Shown one piece after another: positions 51,901 to 60,900 of a DNA stretch of 64,000 nucleotides. The notes under the pieces are model-generated. The model worked only from the letters and a program-made list of their open reading frames with translations. It had not been told where the DNA came from and searched no databases. Each line of letters starts with the position of its first letter. The stretch's first letter is position 1. Source of the stretch: Octopus sinensis (Eukaryota); assembly GCF_006345805.1 (NCBI RefSeq), contig NC_043002.1:78926001-78990000 (forward strand), in the 5' to 3' direction. Both the position numbers and the translations under genes were made by a program.

Positions 51901-54900
51901 TTTTGACTTTAAGAGCCCTCCTAGCATGAGGCATTTATGTATATAATGCCTTAATATAAATATCTATATCTATCTGCGTGTGTGTGTGTGCGTGCGTGAG
52001 AGAGAGAGAGACACACACACATACAACAGGCTTCTACACAGTTTCCATATATCAAAATCACTCACAAGGCATTAGTCAGAGAAGGACTCTAGTTGAAGTC
52101 ATTGGCCCAAGGAGTTGTGCAGTGGGACTGAACTCAAAACCACAAGGTTGCAAAACAAGCTTCTTAACCACACAACTATGCCTGTGCCCTATTTATTTAT
52201 ATTATTTATTATTTATTTATTTATTCATTTATTTTACAGGGGAAGAAACATTTTGGTTGAATTCAGAAGACTCCAATTCTATAACATCTATGGACATTGA
52301 AGCAACATCTTATGCTTTGCTCTCTCTTTTGGGAACGGAAGCCACCAGCAAATGGCAAGATTTGAGACCAGTTATCAGGTGGCTTACCAAACAACGGAAA
52401 CCTATGGGAGGATTTATGGCTGCAAAGGTTTTTATTATCTTTTTTTAAACTCCTCAGTTTCTTTTAAGTTATGTGTGTGTGTGTGTGTGTGTGTATACGT
52501 GCATGTGTTGGACAGTTTGACCAGGGCTGGTAAGCTTTCCCTGAAGAGATGCTGGTGCAAGGTTTCCGCCCCGACATCTGAAACCCGGAGTTTTATCATG
52601 GCAACTGAATAATTGTCATCATATTATATTACAAATATATATATATATATATATAAATGGCGGTGCCTAGCATGGCCACAGCTTGTGAACTAAGACTGAT
52701 TCAATTCAATTCATATAAATGAATGATCATCATGGCTATTCCAATCTCTGCTGATTTCCCCGACAATGTAATATAGCCTCCACTTGATGTACTGAGTACT
52801 GTACTTTAGTTGAGAATCCTTCTGTTTCTAATGGAATTACCTACAATCTAAAATCTTTTAATATTTCAGGATTCAGTTATAGCATTTCAAGCCATTTCCC
52901 AGTATGCACTGATGTGGTCAGAGCGACAGGAACCAGCAGATATAACCATTTATATTGACAATGAATATGACCCAACAGAGACCTTTCAACTCACTAACCA
53001 AAACCAGTTTGAATTGTTCACTTATTCAAAGCCATTTAAGAACAAGATTCGGATTGATGCTGAAGGCAGAGGTTGTGGTATCATTCAGGTAAACCTTTCT
53101 TTATTCGTATCCAAACAGTGAATGTAAATATATAAACATTTGAAGTATCAATATTTTATGCTCTATATATATGCTTGCATATATACACACATGCATACAT
53201 ACATAGATACATACACACTTGCTTACATACATACATTATATAATATATATTATATATTTATACATGCTACTTACTTACTTACTTACCTACATACATCTTA
53301 TACATGCATACATACATGCTTACATCATACATACATCATACATATTCATACATGCATACAACATACATGCTTACATATTTACATACAACATACATGCTAC
53401 ATACATACATGCTTACATACATACTTGCATAAATATTTGAAAAAATAAATCCTCACCAAAATCAAGTTGGTCTAACCATATTAATATTCTCTGTATCTTT
53501 TTTTCTTATACATTTTAAGACTTCCTTGACATACAATGTTCTTAATCTAAAACAAGAACAGAGCTTCCATTTGCGTGTATCAGTGGAAAATACTTACAAT
53601 AACTGTGCTGAAAGGAAGCTGAAAATCTGCAGTCGGTTAGTGTTGGTTTACTTATTTCTTATTTTGTTGATTTTCGTTTTTCTTTTTAAATATCACTTTA
53701 AGATTACAGAGATGTACTTGCATAGCAAGTGACCTGACCTGATCTGAGATTGTCTGCTGGAACGAAAACAATTACAGCGTGGAATTTTTAAGTGAAACCA
53801 GCGTGCAATAGTTTAAGATTAGTTATATCATTAGGGTGTTGGACAAAATGTCTTGCAGTATTTATTATGGCCTTCTATATTTCAGAATTCAAATCCTGGC
53901 AAAATCAACTTAGCTTTCATCCTTCTAGGGTTACAACTAAATCCACTTTACAATTTGTCACAAAAAGCATGTCCTTGTGCCAATATTAGAAAACATTATT
54001 CTTTTCTAATCTAGGCACAAGGCCAGAAATTTTGAGGGGAGGGGACCAGTTGATTAGATCGACCCCTGTATACAACTGGTGCTTAATTTATCAGCCCCGA
54101 AAGGATGAAAGGCAAAATCGACCTTGAAGGAATTTGAACTCAGAATGTAATGATGAACAAAATGCTGCTAAGCATTTCATCCAGCATGCTAATGTTTCTG
54201 CCAGTTCACTGCCTTTTAGAAAATTCTTTTCTACTCTAGGCACAAGGCCTGAAATTTTGGGGGAGGCAGCTAGTCTATTAGATCGACCCCAGTATGCAAC
54301 TGGTATATAATTTATCGACCCCAAAAGGATGAAAGGCAAAGTTGACCTTGGGAGAATTTGAACTCAGAACGTAAAGACAAGTGTGCTAACATTTCTGCCA
54401 GCTCACCACCTTATTAGAGAACCTTATTATAGATTTCCTATATATACTGCTCTCAACTAAATGTTAGTTGAAATCAACTTCCCCCATCCGTGCTCAGAAA
54501 TTGCTGACCTTGTACCAAACATTTGAAATCATTATTATCTCTGCCTTAGCAAAGGCGGAGGTTTTATTTTCAGTCATGTTTGCTTGTTTGTTTGTCCATG
54601 GACAAGATATCTCAAGAACCGCTGGGTAAATTCAGATGAAACTTTCAGGGATGTTCGGCCCCATGACTGATTAGATTTTGGGATCAATCTGGTACCAGAC
54701 AAGGATTCTGGATTATTTTTCCAGTTTTTTATACTTAATTTTTGAGAGCAATCGGGTTCATTTTTAGTATTCTCGTTTGTGAGAGCAGTCGAGTATATTT
54801 CAGGTATTCTCATTTTAAAAATCATCTCCAGCTAATCATTGAGAGGATGTTGGTGTTGCCTTGGCGGAGGTTTGCGCTCTCTGAGTGCTCTTGTTATTAT

Positions 54901-57900
54901 TGTCTTTACTGCTACTACTACTTTATTAGCCATTAAAAAAAGCATCAACTACAATGGAATGTTCTGCTTGAAAAGCTAAACTTTTTATCTTCCTTACAAC
55001 AAACCTATTTATTCCACTTTCGGAATTGTTTATACTCTCTTATTCCTGATACATATTACAAGTTTCATCATTTGAAGAACTTAATATTTTTGGAAGCAGC
55101 ATGAATACCACACCATCATATTTCCCAATTATCTGTATCTTTAATTTTTTAATGTTTAATTATCAAATTGTTGTTTATTTCTAATAGTTACACAGGGAGG
55201 AGTGAAAAGACAAATATTGTTATAATGGAAGTGAAAATGCTAACAGGTTGGATCCCACAGCAAATTGTTGATGTGAGTCGCTTTATTATATCTTTGCTTT
55301 TTCACTGACTTCAGGTGCTAGACTGTGGCTATGCTGGAGCACCACAAAGTTTTACTTGACCATGTAGTCAGAAATTTGCTTTCCAACCACATGGTTCAAG
55401 GTTCAGTTCCACTGCATGGCACTCTCAACAAGTTTCTTCTAATTTAGTCTCAGGCTAACCAAATCCTTGTGTGTAGATTTGATTGAGGGAAAACTGAAAG
55501 AAGCCTGTCATATATGTATTAGGTCATCCCATAAATAATGCATTTTTTTTTATATTTCTTTTATTTTTCGAAATTAAGATAAACAAAGTTCTTTTTTAAT
55601 CTAAAATATACTCTCCTTCATCTTCTACAATTCTCTTCCAAATATCTGGTAGACTTGCAAGGCCCCTCTTCCAAAATTCACTTATCCGTGATGAAAAATA
55701 CTCCTCCAGTGCTGTTATGACCTAGTCTACAGAATTCATGTTTTCTCCATCCAAAAAATTTTGAAGACCACAGAATAAATGATAATCAGATGGAGCAACA
55801 TCCAGCAAATATGGTGGGTGGGGCATCGTTTCCTATTCAAACCGCTCCAGCTTTTGGAATGTCATCCTTGCTGTATGTGAATGAGCATTATCCTAATGGA
55901 AAAATATTTTTCATCTTGAAACCAAAGATGGTCATTTTCCTTCTAGCACTGGCTTGAATGACTTGTTGAATGACCAAATCCAAACTTCTCTGCTAATTCC
56001 TCAACACTTATAATGGGATTTTGTTCCACCAGCGTTTGCAGGACATCCTTGTCGAACTCTACAGATCTTCCAGGATGAGGCTTGTCTTCTAGGCTTAGTT
56101 TCCCACTCAGAATTTCCGAACCACTGTTGACACTGGCTTACACTTATTATCTGATCCCCATATACTACATTAATATTCCTCATACTTTCCATTGTGTTGT
56201 TACCATTCTTGAACTCATAAAGCAAAATATGCCAAATATGTTCCTTTGTCACTTCCATTATAGCTTTGGAAAAATAACTGTTAAAATTGAACTACACTCT
56301 TCAAAACTTGCACTAAGAATAAGGACAAGGTAAAATTACTACCTGCTTTTATAGCAAGTTGATGCAGGTAGTTTATCCCATCCCCCTCTGACCTTTAGTT
56401 CATGCAGGTGGAAAAAACCTCATTACTTATGGAATGACCCAATATATATATGTATACATTTTTGTGTTTGTCCCCCATCACCGCCACTTCACAACCAGTG
56501 CTGGTTTGTTTACATCCCTGTAACTTAGTGCTTTGGCAAAACAAGACTAATAAAATACATACCAGGCTTAGAAAAAAATGGGGCTGATTTGTTCAACTAA
56601 ACACTTCAAGGTTGTGCCCTAGTATGGCCACAATCTGATTGAAAGAAGTAAGATAAAAGATGAAAGTCATACATACATACACACACACATACACACAACC
56701 ACCCAATCCTGAGAAATTAAGCTTCTCAAAACCAGAAGGGTGTAAAACTAATCCGAAGACCACAGATCCAATCCATCACTGGAACTATAAAAATTTGTCA
56801 AATTTTCCAGAAGTTTATCATTTAAATATATATGAGCATGTCTAGATATGAAGCTATATACATGAGAATACATTCATAAAGCAAAACATACAAACCTGCA
56901 CATATACATGCATGCATGCATGCATACATACATACATACATACATACATACAAACAAAAATACCCTGTTGCTGATGCTGAAAGTCCAATGAAGGAGCCTT
57001 AAATCTAGATTAGAAACCAGCTCTTTCTCTGTTGGCAAGAAATCTTGAAATAAAACTGGACAAGGACATGCATACATGTATGTATGGGTTAACTGAAAGT
57101 AGTACCTGTGATGTATTGGGGACAATTTAAATGTCTTTACCTCTTGACTGTAAATGTATCATCTTGTGTCAATATCAGAAATCACTATTATCTATTTGCT
57201 TAAGACAACGCACAGGTGGAATCATTAGCACGCTGAGAAAAACGCTTAGTGGCATTTCATCTGTCTTCGTGTTTTGAGTTCAAATTCCACCAAGATCAAC
57301 TTTGTCTTTCATCCTTCTGAAGTCGAGAAAATAAATAGCAGTTGAACACTGGAATCAATATAATCAACTGATCCCTCCTCCGAAATTGCTGGCCTTATGC
57401 AAAAATTTGAAACCAGTATTATCTATTTGCTTATGAGATATTGTAAGATGAGTTGTCAGAAGTGAGTGAGTGTTGGAATAAACACCTCACTCCTTTATGT
57501 TCCGAGTTCAAGTCTTATCTACATAGACTTTTCCATTCATCCCTCACAAAATAAGTACCAGTAATATATTGTAAACAATTGAATGTATTATAATGGACAC
57601 ACCAGCCCTAGAACTGTTGTCCAAGTGCAGAGACAAAATAAATTAATTATTTCTACTCTAGGCACAAGGTCTTGAAAACTTTGGGAGAAGGGGGCTAGTC
57701 GATTACATCAACCCCAGTGCATAACTGGTACTTATTTCATTGACCCTGGAAGGATGACAGACAAAGTCAACCTCAATGGAATTTTAACTCAGAACGTAGC
57801 AGCAGATGATATACCGCTAAGCATTTCGCCCAGCATGCTAACAATTCTGCCAGCTCCTCACCTTTGAGACAAAACAAAATAAATTAATATTTACTGCTTA

Positions 57901-60900
57901 TCTAGTTTTGTATCTGCTTTAATATTTGTGTTGTTTTAATGATCTTTCAGCCAAAACATACAGAAAAAGTCGGTGTTAAAAAGTATGAAATGACAGAAGA
58001 CTATGTATATTTATATTTTGATGAGGTAAGTGTAAAACTACACATAGAATTTCTATAATACACATATGTGCTCCACATTATACATAGATTTATTCAACTA
58101 TATATAGATTTATTCTGTTGCACATAGTTTTACTACAGTACCCATAGATTGACTCTGTAAAGGAACTGTCTGGAACAGGTTGTGTCTTTTGCACTGTTTG
58201 GGTGCAACACAATTTCCTTCTTTGTTTCCAAAAACTACCGGTGTCGGGAACAAGAAAGCAACCTTAGAAAATATGACACTTTATTTCGTTATTTACATAA
58301 AGAAGGCACGTTGGTGTAGGTACAGCAAGACTGAAGTTAAACATTTGTAAAGATAAACCTCACAAAAACTCCAGCAGCAACAGAGCCGGTCAAATCCCAA
58401 GCGTCTGGGACTGGAGCATAGACTGATAACACGTTAAACACGTCTTCTCTCTTCAGTAGCCATGTCTCAAGTCACCTAACAAGGAACACGATAGAATTTT
58501 TTTCCCCAGTCTTTAGTGCATGTGCATGAGGAAACTTCCTTGGGCCTTTCCAGAAGGTTCCAACCCCGTGCACGCACACTGAAGAATGACGTCACTACAA
58601 CTCTACTTCACATAACCTTAATTGCTCTATCTACCATACTGCAGTCAATTTGAATAGCTGGGCCCTCTTTCTCCCAGCCATTCTCCTCATCTAGCAACCT
58701 CTCATAGTAGCACTTCTATGCCTCTTTCATTTTTTTCATAAGAGCAAGTGTACCATTATCATTCCATAACACACTTCTCTTCATGCAGTATCTCAATTCT
58801 CTCCTGTACACTGCTTTGCAATCCAGACTGCATCATGCTCTGAGCTTCATGCTGTACATAGAACATTGGAAAACCTCTTTCTTTCTGCTTTTATCTTTGA
58901 TAAATACAGCTGATGTCTTGCTTCTTTTTTTTTTTTTTGTTTCTTTATTTGTAAAGATGAATAAAACTGCAAAATGTATTGAAATCGAGATTGAACAAGT
59001 GTTGGCATTGAGCAGTCTTCCAGCAGGAGTGGTTGTCTATGATTATTATGATAGAGGTCAGTATCTTTCAGTATGTACATACATATATATATATATATAT
59101 GATCATAGTTTAGCTGGCTGAAACTTCAAAGCCACTATCAACAAAATTCTTGTATAAGAATAATAAATTTGTACTCTACAAATGTATATAATGTAAAATT
59201 GTTTTAATTATAACTGAACATAAAAACAAGTATTAACACACACACACACACACCTTTTTTTGTTTTACCATTTGTTTTTCCATGCTGGCATGGGTTTAGA
59301 TTGGATTTCATTTGAACCATAATTTTACAGCTGGATGCTTTACCTGTCACCAACCCTTACCTGTTTTTCAAGTAAGGGATTTCTGTATTCCATTGATCTT
59401 CAAAAGCACAGTGACTAATCTTAATGCCAACAAGGAATGTCAATAATGTCACCCATTTCACTCAAGCCATGATAAGCACAGAATATGGATATTCATAAGC
59501 ATTCACACATGTGTGCATGCACACACATACACACATGATGGGCTTCTAGCAGTTTCCCTCTATCAAATTCACTCATAACACATTGGTCACTGCAAGACTA
59601 TAGTAGAAGACACTTGCCTAAGATACCACACAGTGGGACTGAAACTGAAACCATGTGATTGCAAAGCAAACATTTTAACCATACAGTCAATAGTCCTTTC
59701 TACTATAGGCACAAGGCCTGAAATTTTGGCAGAGCAGGGCAGTCGATTTGATCGACCCCAGTATGCAAGTAGTACTTAATTTATCGACCCTGAAAGGATG
59801 AAAGGCAAAGTCGACTTTGCCAGAATTTGAACTCAGAATGTAGCGATAGGCGAAATACCACTAAGCACTTTGTTCAGTGTGCTAACATTTCTGTCAACCC
59901 ACCACCTTAACCACACAGTCAATAATATCATACAGGCCTGCACTGTTGAACCTTATCAAAAGTGTCTGAATTTTATGCTAACTAGGTATGATTTGAAGAA
60001 GATTTGGCTGCTATTTTTTGTAAGTCAAACAATCCCACAGAGATCCCCTTATTGGCTCAATCAATATGGAGAATCAACAGAATCATTAGAGCATAGAGTG
60101 GAATTAACTTGAGGCATTTGTTTTGGTTGTCTGTATTCTAAATTTATATGTTCCTAAGGATAACTTTGCTTTTCATTTTTTGCTGATCCTCTTACAGATG
60201 ATTATATCTGTAAAGTATGTGTTAGTTGGTCTTTCTCTTTGTCCCCAAATCCTAGCATTTCCATATAGTTACTCAGACATTTATTAAGATAACTGAGTGC
60301 ATAAATTATTTACTAGTGAATTTATAATTAGAGTAGATGAGCTGTAGATTTAGAAGCAGTCTATAAATATTCTTCTTTCTTATTTCAGAAGAGATGTTCA
60401 CATCTTCAGGGCAGTTAACATCAATCACAATATATGACTTTTTTTTTCAATCCCTAATAATTATATCAGGCTTGTTCTGTTCAAGCATGGGAAAAGTTTT
60501 GATGGGAATGTTCCACCAATATTTTTTGTGTGTGTGTTTAAGGTGCTGAACTGGCAGAATCAATACTGTGCCAGACAAAATGCTTTGTGGCATTTCCTCT
60601 GTCTTTGTGTTCTGAGTTCAAATCCCACTAAGGCTGACTTTGCTTTTCAACTTTATTGGGTTGATAAAATATCAGTTGAGCTCTGGGGTCAATGTAACCA
60701 ATTTACTCTCTTCTCCGAAATTGCTGGCTCTGTGCCTACATTTGAAACTAATATATTTTTTTGTGTTGATATGCATGCAGTGAACTAAGGTAACACCTCT
60801 TATTTTTCAAGCACCTTCCAGAGTATTTGAGCAGTTTCAAGCAGTGCTTATTATTATTATTATTATTATTATTATATTATTGAGTGAGAGAGCTGTGCAT

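Noticed and set aside
51978-52448. ORF-track starts for TEP segments (also 11360, 30741, 39964, 58783 and 61740)
   Set aside because: The N-terminal parts are intronic read-through; true boundaries were set at the AG/GT splice sites
60389-60549. Candidate alternative terminal exon (good acceptor, 52 open codons in phase 1, hydrophobic end)
   Set aside because: The opposite strand is a recognisable RLE LINE endonuclease remnant (NKPDIIIRD...IDVNCPED), and exon 26 supplies the expected final RBD strand and cysteine
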